From Octopus vulgaris (taxonomy: Eukaryota), in contig OX597817.1 in NCBI GenBank assembly GCA_951406725.2, positions 81,530,001-81,594,000 of the forward strand: DNA of 64,000 bases, written 5' to 3'. The stretch's first letter is position 1. Every line of letters begins with the position of its first letter. Both the position numbers and the translations under genes were made by a program. The notes beneath the pieces were generated by a model. That model had not been told where the DNA came from and ran no database searches. It was given only the letters and a program-made list of their open reading frames with translations. This document shows positions 1 through 13,311 of the stretch, piece after piece.

Positions 1-789
1 TCATATCTTTGAAACTGAGGTTAAAATCATCTTCAAATTACACAAATTAATAGTGACCATGGTATAGCAGTTGCCTTTTTTTTTAGGTTTATGTAAAGCC
101 TATTTTGTTATATGTCACAAACAGTCAATCTCACATGTGGGACTTTGTAAATGATGGAAATACCAGGATGTTTGAGTGACCCTGACATGATATGTAACTG
201 TTGGATTTTAATTAAAATTATATGAGAAGAAAGTTCACATCCAAAACTTTCAAATGATTTTCCTCAGAAAATATTTGTTTTGACATAAAAATGATGAAAC
301 AAAAACTACGTATTCACATGTTCAAACTGTGCTTGTCTCCACTGTATAGCATTCCATAATGATGCTGAGTGCAAGGCATAGTCTACAAGAAAAATGTGAA
401 TAGGAAAAAATTGTAGACGACTAATATCCTAAGGTGAAGGCCTGGATGTACAAAAAACATCCACCAGATGGTAGCAAGATAAACAGTGTGTAATCAAAGT
501 GGTTGGTTACTGAGATAAAGCAGAATATTCTATGCAGGCATAACTCTGTGAAAGCTTCTTCATGGATCAGAGTACAACACAAACAAGGTCTTGCTTTCCT
601 CAAATCATTAAATATTTTACTTCAACAAGAATAAATGAAACTGAAGAATTTCGAAACTGAGAGAAAATATGGAAATGTAATGTAAAAATTAAATAATTCC
701 TATAAAATAAACAGACCTCATTATTTGTAGCATGTTTTTCTCATCAGCTACAGTATACTTCGAAATAAAATATACATATATCTTTTAAT

Positions 790-1140
790 TTTTTACTAGT
801 TTCACTCATTGGACTACAGCCATGCTGAGGCACTGCCTTTAGTCAAGGGCTTAGTCAAACAAATTGACCCCAGTATTGTTTTTTTTTAAGTCTGATATTT
901 ATTCTATCAGTCTCTTTTGTCAAAATGCTAAGTTATAGGAATGTAAACAAACCAGTAGTGGTTGTCAAGCTGTGGAAGGTAAGGACAAACACACACACAC
1001 ACACATGTGCGCGTACGTGTACATGACAGGCTTCCACACAATTTCTGTCAAATTCACTTGCAAGACATCTATCAGCTCAGAGCTATAATAAACGACACTT
1101 GCCCAAGGTGCTGTTCAGCAGTTGCAAAGTGAGCTTCTTA
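790..1140 (-). mobile_element. CORE-type SINE with CR1-like 3' tail
   Basis: Minus strand has the GGGCAAGTGTC... core and ends ...CAGCATGGCTGTAGTCCAATGAGTGAAAC, similar to 58440-58745 and to the CR1 3' end at about 23050-23090. Confidence 0.6.
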
Positions 1141-1186
1141 ATCATATATATATATATATAGAAAAAATAGAAAATAAAAATAATAC

Positions 1187-1297
1187 TTGATTCAAAAGCG
1201 GTGTCACAGCATCATCTCGTCGATCCAAAATAAGAAGCAGTGGAGTTATGTCTGTCTTTCGGAATTCAAACAAAGCTGCTTCCTTATTGATGACTTG
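1187..1297 (-). CDS. VPS45: VPS45 coding exon 6 ([37 protein letters not shown]); gene continues beyond window start
   Basis: Acceptor ttacag, donor CAA|GTATTA; 111 nt. Contains the SM-family LLILDR..D..TPLL.Q motif. Confidence 0.95.
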
Positions 1298-1750
1298 CTG
1301 TAAATGGAAAGCATAAAATGAAGTTACAAAATATGAAATGATGAAAGACAATGTTTTACTGAAGTCTATCACTTAATCCATTTGATACCAACATTCTTGA
1401 GATAGCTCTTGGTTCTATTATACAAGTTTCCTGTGTTTAAGTGATCTGAATTTAAAATTTTCCATCCAAATTTTCTTTTATTTTTCAAACATAAGCTTAA
1501 TAATGACAATATTATTTTACAAAATTCTTCATTATTTTTTAGAAGAATTCAAACAAAGCAAAGTATTTCATTAGAAATATAGTTAAGTAAAGAAGTCCTT
1601 AGGTCACCATGAAAAACATGGAAATATAAAAGAGAAGAAATACAACCGATTTTCTTCATAATTTTTCTGACTTTGCAGCATGGAAGGTGTTTATAAGCCA
1701 TTTAAGAAACACACAAAAACCGTTAGATTCACTTCAACATTTAAATTTAA

Positions 1751-1804
1751 TTTGTCAAAATATTTTTGGCGCTTTGAGACCACGACCTGTTCACTGACAA
1801 AATT
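1751..1804 (-). ncRNA. Degenerate minimal hammerhead-like motif, G3:C8 core variant
   Basis: Minus strand reads TTTGTCA-GTGAACA-ggtcgtggtctcaaagcgcc-AAAA-ATAT-TT-TGACAAA. Stem I is 7 bp, but GAAA is mutated to AAAA and stem II is imperfect. Confidence 0.4.
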
Positions 1805-2389
1805 TCGTGCTGCATCACTTTGTTGTAGTAAAAAGTAGAATCATTAGAGCATGTGACAAAATCCTTGTGGTATTTAGTTACAGCTCTTTCAAATCCTATG
1901 AGATTAACTTTACTATTTATCCTTTTGAGGTCAATAAAATAATTTACTAATCAAATACTAGGTTTGATTTAATATTTTAATAAAATATCCTAGATTTGAA
2001 TGGAATTATAATAGAAAATACTTTAATATAATTATAACCACATTGTCCAATATGTTCTGTTTTGTTTTTAAGATGCTAAATATATGAAGAAGATTTGGTA
2101 GCTATTTCTAGCAAGTCAAGCAACAGCATAAAGGCTTCAGTGAATTGAGTTGGTGCTGGAAAGTAACTATGTTAAAGGTAAAGTCGTCATGAAAAAGGTA
2201 TTTGGAACAGATGTGATCAAAATACATGAAGGGACATTGCTGTGCTGTAGACTGAACAAACTTTTAGCACCCAAAATAAAACTGACAATGAGGATGGGGA
2301 GGAGAAGGAGAAAAGTGGTGGTGATGATGATGATTTTGTCTGATAAAAGCAATAAGAATACAATTACTTTATACATGATTATTATATTC

Positions 2390-3470
2390 ATATCTTAGCT
2401 CAGAGTAAGCCATTATATGTAGCATTCATCCGTCTAGAGAGGCCCTTTGACAAAGTACAACACTCTGTAGTCTGACAGTTGCTAAGAAAACTAGGTGTAG
2501 ATGAATGGTTTATGAGTTGGGTAAGAAGACATTTACAGAAATGCTATCAACAATTTGAGGAATAACAAAGGGTTCAGTGAAGACTTTAGTGTACCAGAAG
2601 GCATCCATCACAGCTCATCCTCATCATCACCACCACACACACACATACATACATTCTTAACTGTTAATGCCGTTTAACATAGTTCTCCAAGCCATAATAA
2701 AGGAGTTGCAGACTAGTTGTCCATGGGAAATCCTGTATGCTGATAATCTACTTCTCATAGCTGAATCTGTTTAAGATTTAGAAAACCAAACATGCCAGCC
2801 CAGCCTAGAATTAAGAGGATTTGAAATAAACTTAGCAAATATGAAAGTTTTAATTAGAAGGGATGAAGAGAGGACTTTACTGCTAGCAGAGAAGTGGCTG
2901 TGGTTAACTTGCAGAAAAGAAGTAAATAAGAATTTCATACAAGAGGTGTAGTCGGATCATAGATAGGTTGACAGAGATAACAGACCTGTTATGTAGATGT
3001 GAAGGAATAGTTTTCAGTAAAAGCACCTGTGAAATTAAGTTTGATGATTAGAAAGCTTACTATAATTAGTTGATAGCTTCAGTTACCTAGATAGCATAGT
3101 CAGCAGAGAAAGTGGGTGTTTTGAAAGCATAGTTGTCTGACTAAGAATAAGTTGGAAAATAATACAGGGAGCAGTTACCTCTTTTGTCAATAAAAGGGTT
3201 CTCTATAAGAGTGAAGGGCAAACTGATACTCGAGTACAAAGAGTGATGCTTCATAATAGTAAAACATGGGTGTCGAATGTGGAAGATGTGAGGAGACCGG
3301 AAAGAAAGAGAAGATTAATGTTATCATACATGAATGACAGAACATATGTGAGCTGAGAGAAAATTTGGGTACAGGAAAAAATAAATGCAGCGTGCAAAAG
3401 TTAACTCACATTGGTATGGACATGCGATATGTGAGGAGAATAGCAGTTGAGTTAAGAAATGCCAAGTAAT
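2390..3470 (+). mobile_element. Old, heavily degraded RTE LINE fragment (RT region)
   Basis: Recognisable remnants of KAFD, RKLG.DEW, CPWE.LYAD and VDSF.YL, homologous to the copy at 53500-54600. Confidence 0.7.
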
Positions 3471-3649
3471 TCAGAGCTGTATAAAATATATTTGGAGGTG
3501 TAATTAAGCATGAGATATATCTAACACATGACATAATTTAAAAGTGAAGCCCTTAAACAAGTATGTACATTCAGATTCAGATACATGCACATGCCCACAT
3601 GTTCATGAACACTTAAACACATTTGTTCACAATTTAAAAGAAAACATAC

Positions 3650-3790
3650 CCGCACATTTTCAGCTAACCTCCGAGCCATTTCTGATGAGTTTTGATAACG
3701 AATCATTGGACATTTCTTTAGAGAAAGAAGCACTGAAGTCAAACCTTGCACAGTTCTGGAAAGGGATTTCGGTAACCATGTTGTGCAACC
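3650..3790 (-). CDS. VPS45: VPS45 coding exon 5 ([47 protein letters not shown])
   Basis: Acceptor tattcag, donor CGG|GTATGT; 141 nt. Contains the [13 protein letters not shown] motif of VPS45. Confidence 0.95.
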
Positions 3791-3879
3791 CTGAATACAA
3801 AGGTTAAAAAAAAAAATTACATCTTAAAATTAGCTCCATGAAAAATATAATAAATACTAAGATGTTATTTCCATACAAA

Positions 3880-3928
<49 letters not shown>

Positions 3929-4107
3929 CTTGTGTAGTGGAGTAATAATCTAAGTGGTTTATAGACCATTTGGGGTCTATTTCTAGCAGACTGGTGTTGT
4001 AATCATTCAACACCCTTATTATAATTTTAATATAAAATAACCATTATGGTATTTTTAGTATGCTGGTCACTAATAAATCATTAAATAATGATTTTATCCT
4101 AATTACA

Positions 4108-4148
<41 letters not shown>

Positions 4149-4676
4149 AGATGATCAACAGGAATACACATATATTAAAATTAATATTCAATCAATATTC
4201 AGCAGTATCAGTGTAAAGCAGTGTGTAGGCATAGGCAAACTTTAGGTTAATTAAAATATATTTGTGACATATTTCAACTTCCAAAGTCTAGAGTTACCTC
4301 TCTTTAGTATTTCCCATTGATAACAGCCAAAGAGCTAGAAATGTGTCAAGGAATCTGATGGGGGGGGGGGGGCACTGGACAGATATGGTGTTTTCACACC
4401 TTTTTACCATATAAGAACTTTTTCTCCATAGTAACTGCTATGAATTAAGAGTGACAAGCTCATTACCATGCCAAACAAAATGCATAATGCATAATGACAA
4501 ATTCATTGTGTTCTGAGTTCAAATGCTGCTAATGTCAACTTTGCCTTTCAACCTTTCAGGGTTGACAAAATAGTATCAGTTGACCACTAGGGGCAATGTA
4601 ATTGACTATCTCTTTTCCTCAATTGCTGGCCTTATGGAAAAATTAGACCAAATTATTAAGCTTTACACAAGTATTG

Positions 4677-4982
4677 TTTGTTCCTTCTCGAGCCATGCCT
4701 GGCTCATAAGGGCTAGTTTCCTGGTTTCTTTGGCATATAGGTTCCCCACCTAGAAAGGACGCCAGTCCATCATAGGTGAGCCGCAAGATGCAGGAGGAAA
4801 GAGTGAGAGAAAGTTGTGGAGAAAGAGTCAGCAGCAGAAGTTCGCCATTACCTTCTGCCGGAGCCGCGTGGAGCTTAGGTGTTTCGCTCATAAACACACA
4901 CATCGCCTGATCTGAGATTCAAACTCGCGATCCCTCAACTGTGAGTCCACTGCTCTAACCACTAGGCCATGTACCTCCACGT
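4677..4982 (-). mobile_element. tRNA-derived SINE with 15-bp target-site duplication
   Basis: A-box TGGCCTAGTGG and B-box-like GTTTGAATC on the minus strand. TTTACACAAGTATTG is repeated at 4662-4676 and 4983-4997. Confidence 0.85.
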
Positions 4983-5041
4983 TTTACACAAGTATTGAGT
5001 AATATATTCTCTATTATAAGAAAATATAATGATATTCATAT

Positions 5042-6239
5042 ATCATCATCATCATCATCATCGTTTAGCGTCCGTTTTCCATGCTAGCATGGGTTGGACG
5101 GTTCTACTGGGGTCTGTGAAGCCAGAAGGCTTCATCAGGCCCAGTCAAATCTGGCAGTGTTTCTACGGCTGGATGCCCTTCCTAACGCCAACCACTCCGT
5201 GAGTGTAGTGGGTGCTTTTTACGTGCCACCCGCACTGGTGCCAGACAGAGCTGGCAAACGGCCACGAACGGATGGTGCTTTTTATGTGCCACCGGCACGA
5301 GGGCCAGGCGAGGCTGGCAATGGACACGAAACGGGGCGGTGCTGGCAACGGTCACGAAACGGAAAGTTCTCTTACATGCCACCGGCACTGGTAACACATC
5401 TGCAATTTCCATTGATCGATTTCGATTCTGATCCTCACTTGCCTCAACGGGTCTTCACAAGCAGAGTTTTGACATGCCACCGGCACTGGTAGCACATCCG
5501 CAATTTCCATTGATCGATTTCGATTCTGATCCTCACTTGCCTCAACACGTCTTCACAAGTAGAGTTTTGTGTCCCAAGAAGGGAAGGTATGCATACGTAG
5601 GCCGGCTCCATCCCATGTAGAAGGCCACGGGTTATGGACTCACTTGTCCTGCCGGGTCTTCTCGCGCACAGCACACTTCCAGAGGTCTCGGTCTCTAGTC
5701 ATTTCCTCAGTGAGACCTAAAGTTCGAAGGTCGTGCTTCACCACCTCGTCCCAGGTTTTCCTGGGTCTGCCTCTTCCACAGGTTCCCTCAACCGCTAGGG
5801 TGTGGCACTTTTTCACACAACTATCTTCATCCATTCTCGCCACATGACCATACCAGCGCAAACGTCTCTCTTCCACACCACAACTGATGCTTCTTAGGTC
5901 CAGCTTTTCTCTCAAGGTACTTACACTCTGCCGAGTGTGAGTACCGGCATTACACATCCATCGGAGCATACTGGCTTCATTTCTAGCGAGCTTACGCATA
6001 TCCTCAGCAGTCACGGCCCATGTTTCACTGCCATGTAGCATGGCTGTTCGTACACACGCATCATACAGTCTGCCTTTCACTCTGTGCGAGAGGCCTTTTG
6101 TCACCAGCAGAGGTAAGAGCTCTCTGAACTTTGCCCAAGCTATTCTTACTCTAGCAGTTACACTTTCAGCACACCCGCCCCCGCTGCTGACTTGGTCACC
6201 TAGGTAACGGAAACTATCAACTATTTCTAGTTTTTCTCC
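5042..6239 (-). mobile_element. 5'-truncated young RTE LINE in VPS45 intron 4
   Basis: ORF 5640-6314 encodes the RTE C-terminus (RRLRWYGHV, GRPRKTW). Ends in a (GAT)n tail and is nearly identical to 54170-55353. Confidence 0.92.
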
Positions 6240-6246
6240 AAATAGT

Positions 6247-6286
<40 letters not shown>

Positions 6287-6502
6287 ATTTTTGTTCCTGT
6301 CGAATCTTATCCATTATTTTTGTGGCTCTCTAATGCGCTGAATCTTCACCCTAGGTGTAGATTCCTTACGTGTATAATTTTACACTATCGTATAATTAAT
6401 ATATAGTCTTTTTGACAAATCTTTTGCACGTTAGACCACTGGAAATGTAAATTTTGATTGAATATTTTAAATTTAATTAAATTCCATTTCCCTTTTGATA
6501 TG

Positions 6503-6533
<31 letters not shown>

Positions 6534-6679
6534 TAAATATAAGGGTAGCAAAAAATTCTCCGCTACCAGCGGTCCAGCGAGAAAGAAAAGATAGTCAAAG
6601 ACTATATAGTATATTTATATATATATATATCATACACACACATACATATGTATATACAATGCAGATGGTTTGTTCATCA

Positions 6680-6814
<135 letters not shown>

Positions 6815-6823
6815 TTAGCTGAC

Positions 6824-6872
<49 letters not shown>

Positions 6873-7718
6873 ATGTATGAATAATATTTTCAAAAGGATA
6901 ATGATCTAAATATACACTATAATCATCACCATTTTATTTGAAATTTTTGTGAAACTTATGTATCCTGAGGAAAAGAAATATCTTGTATCATGAAAACTCT
7001 GCACAAAACATTGAATGCTTTCCTCTCTTCACAGTAACGTAACATATCTTAATTCTTTGGTTTCGATCATTAATGAATATCATTATTTGATTGAATGATA
7101 TAGTTAGGGTAGTTATTCAGAGATAGGTAAAAGTGTAGCGAATGGTTAGGTATACATTATAACAATGATTTTCAACATTTTCCTGACTAAGCACTCCTAT
7201 CTTGTTTGCTTTATGCTCATTTTATCATGCTAGCATATTAGATGAAAATATTACTGAGGCATTGTTTTTCGGCAGGATTTCCTTTCTGCTGCTAGCCCTT
7301 AGTTGTTTTTCATGTAAGGGGTCTATTATTTCCCACATCTTTCATTGCTCAAACAGCACAATATCCTGTCTTTTGTTTTTTACTAGCATAATGTATCTAA
7401 GCCTATGTTATCTAATACACCCTTCTATTTTTTTTCAAGTCAGTAAGAAGTAACATGAAGGAGATATAGCAGTGTGGTCTTGTTGAAGCTTACACATTGA
7501 ATATTATCCTATGTTTTAAAGTTGGTAGAATTTGACTTGAGGGAGATTTAATTTCTTACAAGTGAGTCAATGTGTGTGCATGCATGTGTGTCTGTGTGTG
7601 TCCATGAATGTATGCAAGGATGGATAAATAAACAGATGTGTGCATGGATAACATTTGTCTAAAAACGTTTCACAAAAATAAACAAAGCAAAAAATAAATA
7701 AATAAATAAAGAACTGAC

Positions 7719-7798
7719 CTGCACTTCACGAACAACTTCATGATCATCGGCTTCTGCTAAGACTTTCACATCCTGCTTACTGATTACATTGCTGAAAT
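7719..7798 (-). CDS. VPS45: VPS45 coding exon 3 (YFSNVISKQDVKVLAEADDHEVVREVQ)
   Basis: Acceptor tttag at 7800-7799 completes a split Tyr codon (T+AT). Donor CAG|GTCAGT; 80 nt. Confidence 0.95.
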
Positions 7799-8035
7799 CT
7801 AAACGAAGGTAAAACTGATTAGAAGAGTGCAACAGTAATGAATGAATGAAAATATACAATCATACAAGCACAGGTGTGGTTAAGAAGCTTGCATCTCAAC
7901 CATATGGTTTCAGGTTCAGTCCCATTGTATGGCACATTAAGCAAGTGACTTCTACTATGGCCCCCAACTCACTAAAAACTTAGTCACTGAATTTGGTAGA
8001 TGGACACTAAAAGAAACCTGTCATATGTGTATGTA

Positions 8036-8903
8036 CAAGGTCTGATCAATAAGTATCCGGACTGTTGCCTTAGTAACAAAGCTAAAGCATGCAGAGTAAA
8101 GCTGCTTGGCAAAGATTGACCTTGAACTCTGCTGTACTTGCACACAAAGTTTTAACATTCTAGCTCACTTCTGCTGTTTGTAGCAGTGCTTGGAAGGAAG
8201 GTGTGTAGCATGTGATCGTCACATTAACCATGACAGAGAAAGTTGTCATGGCGATACCTACTCAGAGGCCTATGCAAAGTTGCAGAAAGGATATGCAGAG
8301 GAGTGTATGAGCCACACACAAGTATACGAATGGATCAGATATTTCCAAATGACCAAAAAAATTTCGATAGTGTTGAATGTTCTGGGAGACCCACAACCAG
8401 CAGAACTGAGAAAAACATCACAAATGTGCATGCAGCTGTGAGGACAAAATCGTCGATGTGCAGATTAGTTACGGTTCAGTTCAGTCCATTATTACTGAAG
8501 ATTTGGGTATGAGACGCATGTCTGCCAAGTTTGTGCCAAAACTGCTTTCAACTGACCAAAAAGACACTCAGGTTTCATTTGCACAAGACATCTTTGATTG
8601 TGTCCAGAACGATGAAACTGTTTGAAAACTTTGCATATGCCTCTGAGCAGGTATCGCCAAGCTTTTGGTAAAATTTGATGCAGATTCTCTGCTTAACTTT
8701 CTCTGTTATGGTCAATGTGACGATCACACACTACATACCTTTCTTCCAAGCACTGCTGTAAACAGCGCAAGTGAGCTAGACCATTAAAACGTTGTGCACA
8801 AGTACAGCAGAGTTCAAGATCAAAGTGTGCCAAGTGGCTTTACTCTGCATGCTTTAGCTTCGTTACTGTGGCAACAGTCCGGATACTTATTGATCAGACT
8901 ATG
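8036..8903 (+). mobile_element. Internally deleted mariner/Tc1 DNA transposon with long TIRs
   Basis: Termini CAAGGTCTGATCAATAAGTATCCGGACTGTTGCC and GGCAACAGTCCGGATACTTATTGATCAGACTATG, with TA on both sides. Carries frameshifted transposase HTH remnants (VYEW, SGRP, LGMRRMSAKFVPKLL). Confidence 0.9.
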
Positions 8904-9012
8904 TATATGTGTATGTTTGTGTCTCGTCTTGACATAACACAATAGTTGTAAATGAGAATCAGTATCATATAGGCAATTTTGCTAATTTTCAGTATTCAAA
9001 CACTCTTAAGTC

Positions 9013-9222
9013 AGTAAGCTGGCAGAACTGTTAGCATGCTGGCCAAAATACTCAATGGCATTTTGTCCATTTTAATGTTCTGAGTACAAATTTCACCAAG
9101 GTTGACTTTGCCTTTCATCCTTTTGGGTTCAATAAAATAAGTACTAATTGAGCACTAGGGTTGGTATAGTTGATTCACTCTTCTCCTGAAATTGCTGGCA
9201 TTGTGCCAAAATTTGAAACCAA
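9013..9222 (+). mobile_element. tRNA-like SINE (GCTGGCAGAA...GACTTTGCCTTTCATCC family)
   Basis: Homologous to 11920-12137, 40206-40444 and 46328-46497. Confidence 0.7.
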
Positions 9223-11919
9223 TATTCAAACACCAATGTTTAGTACTGACACTACTTAGTAACAAACTATAAAACTCTGCAGTTATTACTTACAGTTAGG
9301 TGCACTTGGCCATTTAGAAATAGGTATTTTGTCCAGAGATATGGAACAATGGTAGTTGCTTAGTATTCTAGTAACTAAGCCAATTGTACACATGGAGAAT
9401 TTCTAAGAGACACAAAATACCTGTATTTGGATATGAACTCATTACACAAGGTTCAGGCATCAGATATTGTATCTACTTAGCTGTTTAGCTTCCTTTGTGC
9501 TCCCACCCCATGCCTCTCAGTACAAGCTGCAAACTTATAGCTGGTTGCACCAGTTTTGGGTGGAGAGTGCAATATATTTTTGAAAAAACTCTTCTAACTA
9601 AGGTCCAAGTACATCCCTTTTTAACTCATACAATTGGCAGTACAATATGATTGTTTTTTTTGACACCCTTTCATATCACAGTTTTCGGTGTCTTAGTCAT
9701 GCCAGGCACCAAGCTGGTATCTATATTTGGCCTGTGAAGGTGACCTAGAGTAGCCCAAGAATGAGATGGCTGGACAATATCTATAGTGATTGTTTCTGAT
9801 AGGACTCTATGGAGGAGCTGCCTAAGGACTCTACCCCAAGATGGGTGGAAGGAGAGTTATTTAGTCTCTAACAGTACATTCCCCAAAGGAATTTAATAAA
9901 TTAAAGATGTTAAGGAATGGCTCCTTATTTTACATTCTTAGTCATTTGCACTGTCCTATAAATGATAGTAATGATTAAGTCCATCACATACAGACATAAA
10001 ACCTTCAAGTTTCATGTCATATACAGACATGAAATTTGAAATGAAATATTGTAATGTTCATGCCTTTCTGAGATGCGTTAAGTAAAAGCAAGCAAAGTAA
10101 TGTTTTTTTTTTCATCTAAGTTCCAAGCTGAGGTATTACTAACATTTTATCTTGCTCTAAAATTAAAATAACTTTCATAATTGTTTTATTTTTTTAACAC
10201 AAGCACATCATATCAGATTGATAATTCATAGACTACTAAAACATTTATAATTTGTGTCAAACAACAGTGATGGATGTGATTGATTGTCAGGACTACATTG
10301 TAAAAATCAATGAATAGCCAATGCTTGGTAAGATGTAAGAGAATTATTATTGATGAGTTAAAATAAGGAGACAGATGGTGTATATACACACACACACATA
10401 TATATATAATATCTATACATCACCATCATCATGTATACATCTTCATTATATGCATATATCATCATCATTTAATACCCATTTTTCATGCCAGCTTGGGTCG
10501 GATGGCTCAACAAGATCTAACAAGTTGGACCACCTCGCAGTACCCCAACATCTGCTTTGCCATAGTGTTTATGGCTGGATGCCCTTCTTAAAGCCAATCT
10601 CTTTACAACATGTACTGGGTGTTTTTTCTACGGCACTAACATTAGTGAAGTTGTCTAGCAACATGCAAGACTATGGTTCTAAAGGGATTCCTACACACAT
10701 ACACACACACACATCAAGCATTATCACTTTTGAAGAGATTTTGATGTTGACAATATTAGCCATTCTGCAGATGGTTGAGTTAATATGATACAGGACAACA
10801 AGTCAAAAGACCAGTAATGCATTTACTGTCATCAATACTGTCTCTGGCCTAGACATCAAGTTGTCCGTGGCCCAGTCCCACTATCAAAAATAGGTGCTGC
10901 AGTTCAAAGTCAAGTTAATATGAAACTACTGTAAAGAGCACAAGCTAAAAGAACTGACCATGAACATTGGAACATCTATGAAAGCGGGAAAAAAAAATCA
11001 CTTAAGTTTTATTTTCTGAGTAGATATAAAATATATAAAACAATGGCTAAGTTGGGTTTTTTTTATATATCCAGATATATTCAATAAATCAATATTCACA
11101 GCAAAGCTGCAGTTGGCCAAGTCAATACAATGACTGACATGTGACAAAAATTTAGCTGATTCATGTCATCAATAGCACTTGACTGCCTCCATGGCTAACA
11201 CTTGCACTTGCTAGTCCTATTCACCTAGATGTAAATACATAATATGAGTAGGAATATTTCACTGCTATACATACACACAGTTCCGTATTTCTTTTAAGAG
11301 TCTTCTCCTGTTGATGAGAAGTTAGTCCAGTACTGAAGCTCAAAGTGAAGTCACCAACTGATTGAGTCTTGTTTATACAACATAAAAATGTAAAATATAA
11401 CAGTAGGTATATTATAATTTATAATCTCCTGCTTTATTAAAAACCTAAAATTAATTGTTGCTATTAAGATTATAATTTTCCAAACAATTTCATTTCAGTT
11501 GTAGAGTGTCATCATTGCCATTGCTTTCATGTGTATTATTCCATACTTAAATGGGTCAGATAGAATTTGTTGAGGCAGATTTTTTATGGCTTGATGCCTT
11601 TCCTGTCCAACCCTCACCTGATTTCAAACAAAGTAGCATTTTCCTATAGCTGAATGTGTTTCCACAGAAGATTGGAAACAAATGACACTGCTTATATGAT
11701 AGTGATGCCTGTTTACAACTGTCACATGATGTCAAGACCATGAACACACAAACACATATACACACATACGTGTGTGTGTGTGTGTGTCGTTCTTTCAGAT
11801 TCTATCTACGAAATCCACTCACAAGAGTTTGATGGACCAAGGCTGAAACCATGAATGAATCTGATATCATGTGGCTGAGAAGCAAGCTTCTTCCCAACAC
11901 AATATTTATAACAACATGA

Positions 11920-12137
11920 AAGCAGTGAGTTGGCAGAATCATTAGCATGCTGGGCAAAATGCTTAGTGGCATTTCGTCCATCCTTACATTCTGAGTTCAA
12001 ATTCTGCTGAGGTTGACTTTGCCTTTCATCCTTTTGGGGTCAATAAAATAAATACTATTTGAGCATTGGGGTTGATGTAATTGACTTACCCCGCTCCACC
12101 AAAGTTACTGGCTCTTGTGCCAAAATTTGAAACCAAT
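11920..12137 (+). mobile_element. tRNA-like SINE, same family as 40206-40444
   Basis: TGGCAGAATC head, GAGTTCAAATTC B-box and GTTGACTTTGCCTTTCATCC body. Confidence 0.75.
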
Positions 12138-12267
12138 ATTTATATCAACACACTGTCGTGATCAATTCCATCTCTGATTGTCATTAAATGTATATTCTTG
12201 TATATCTGCATGAACCTAAGTCTTGGATCATGTATATATACATACATAAATATATATATATACATAC

Positions 12268-12305
<38 letters not shown>

Positions 12306-12474
12306 AAGAAAAAGACATCAAACAGTTGATCCAACTGACTCAGTGAAAGAATATAAATGTGTAAACACTCTAAAATTGGTGTCAAAATTCCCGGTTTTTG
12401 CTTTAAAATGATAAAATGATAATTGATTCAACTAATGTTAAAAATTCAGAACAAACAATAAGAAGACAACTTAC

Positions 12475-12670
12475 AAATATAATATAAACCATATTTGGGG
12501 AGATGTAGTTCTTGGGAAAGTTGCTGGACATTTTCTTTAGTTGGTCGTAGAAAACAAATGCATTTCAGGTGTTTCATAGTTTCTCTGGAAGAGGCGTCAA
12601 TGCGTTCAAATAAATAGACTTCCTTTTGTAAAATCTCAGATTGGGCAAAAACCATACTCACAATTGGTGT
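12475..12670 (-). CDS. VPS45: VPS45 coding exon 2 ([25 protein letters not shown]...LPKYGLYYI)
   Basis: Acceptor ttag at 12674-12671, donor T|GTAAG at 12474; 196 nt, ends phase 1. Contains the SM-family motif CFLRPT. Confidence 0.96.
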
Positions 12671-13091
12671 CTAACATGGAAAAAGAGAAAAATAGATTCA
12701 AATGGAATAAAACAATTAGTTATAAGCTGTATATACATGAACACATATATGTTTGTTTGTGTGTGTATGTGTGTGTGAGAGAGAGAGAGAGAGACTCATT
12801 TAGGGAATATTAATTCTTGAGGAACATTCCTTAAAGCTATTAATAACAGCAAGCAAATACTGAATTGAAAAACGTTTTTGGTTAGAAGTTAAAAGCACCC
12901 TTCAACTTTTTCTATATAGCACTAGACAATACAAACAACTATCAGACCTGCAGGCTGGAAGCATACAGCTTCTTGACTGATGGAGGTAAATAAATAGTCT
13001 CAGTCAGTTTGGTAGTGATAAAAACAACCAAAACAAAAAAAAAAACATTATTTACATTTGACGGATATTTGTCCTCATCTTGTTTGTTGTT

Positions 13092-13137
13092 AACACAATG
13101 TTTCGGCTGATATACCCTCCAGCTTTCATCAGGTGTC
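13092..13137 (-). ncRNA. Minimal type I hammerhead ribozyme motif
   Basis: Minus strand reads GACAC-CTGATGA-aaGCTG-gagggtatat-CAGCc-GAAA-ca-TT-GTGTT. Stems I and II are present; stem III is minimal. Confidence 0.6.
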
Positions 13138-13201
13138 TTGGGGAAATTTCGAACCTGGGTTCTCATTCCTATGGTGTTTTTCCATGTTATTATTATTATT
13201 A

Positions 13202-13236
<35 letters not shown>

Positions 13237-13240
<4 letters not shown>

Positions 13241-13311
13241 TCACTGCCTGGAATCGAACTTGGAATCTTGAGGTTAGTAGCCTGTTCTCTTAACCACTAT
13301 GCCATATGTCC
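13237..13311 (-). mobile_element. tRNA-like Pol III head followed by (TAA)n
   Basis: TGGCATAGTGG (A-box) and GTTCGATTCC (B-box) at tRNA spacing. Acceptor stem pairs poorly, so this is SINE-like rather than a functional tRNA. Confidence 0.7.

Noticed and set aside
5094-5492. Recurring [20 protein letters not shown] (also at 23752, 35194, 42454 and 54915)
   Set aside because: It is an antisense reading of the RTE 3'UTR and recurs only because the repeat recurs.
13237-13311. Functional tRNA gene
   Set aside because: The acceptor stem does not pair well and it runs into (TAA)n; treated as a SINE-like head.
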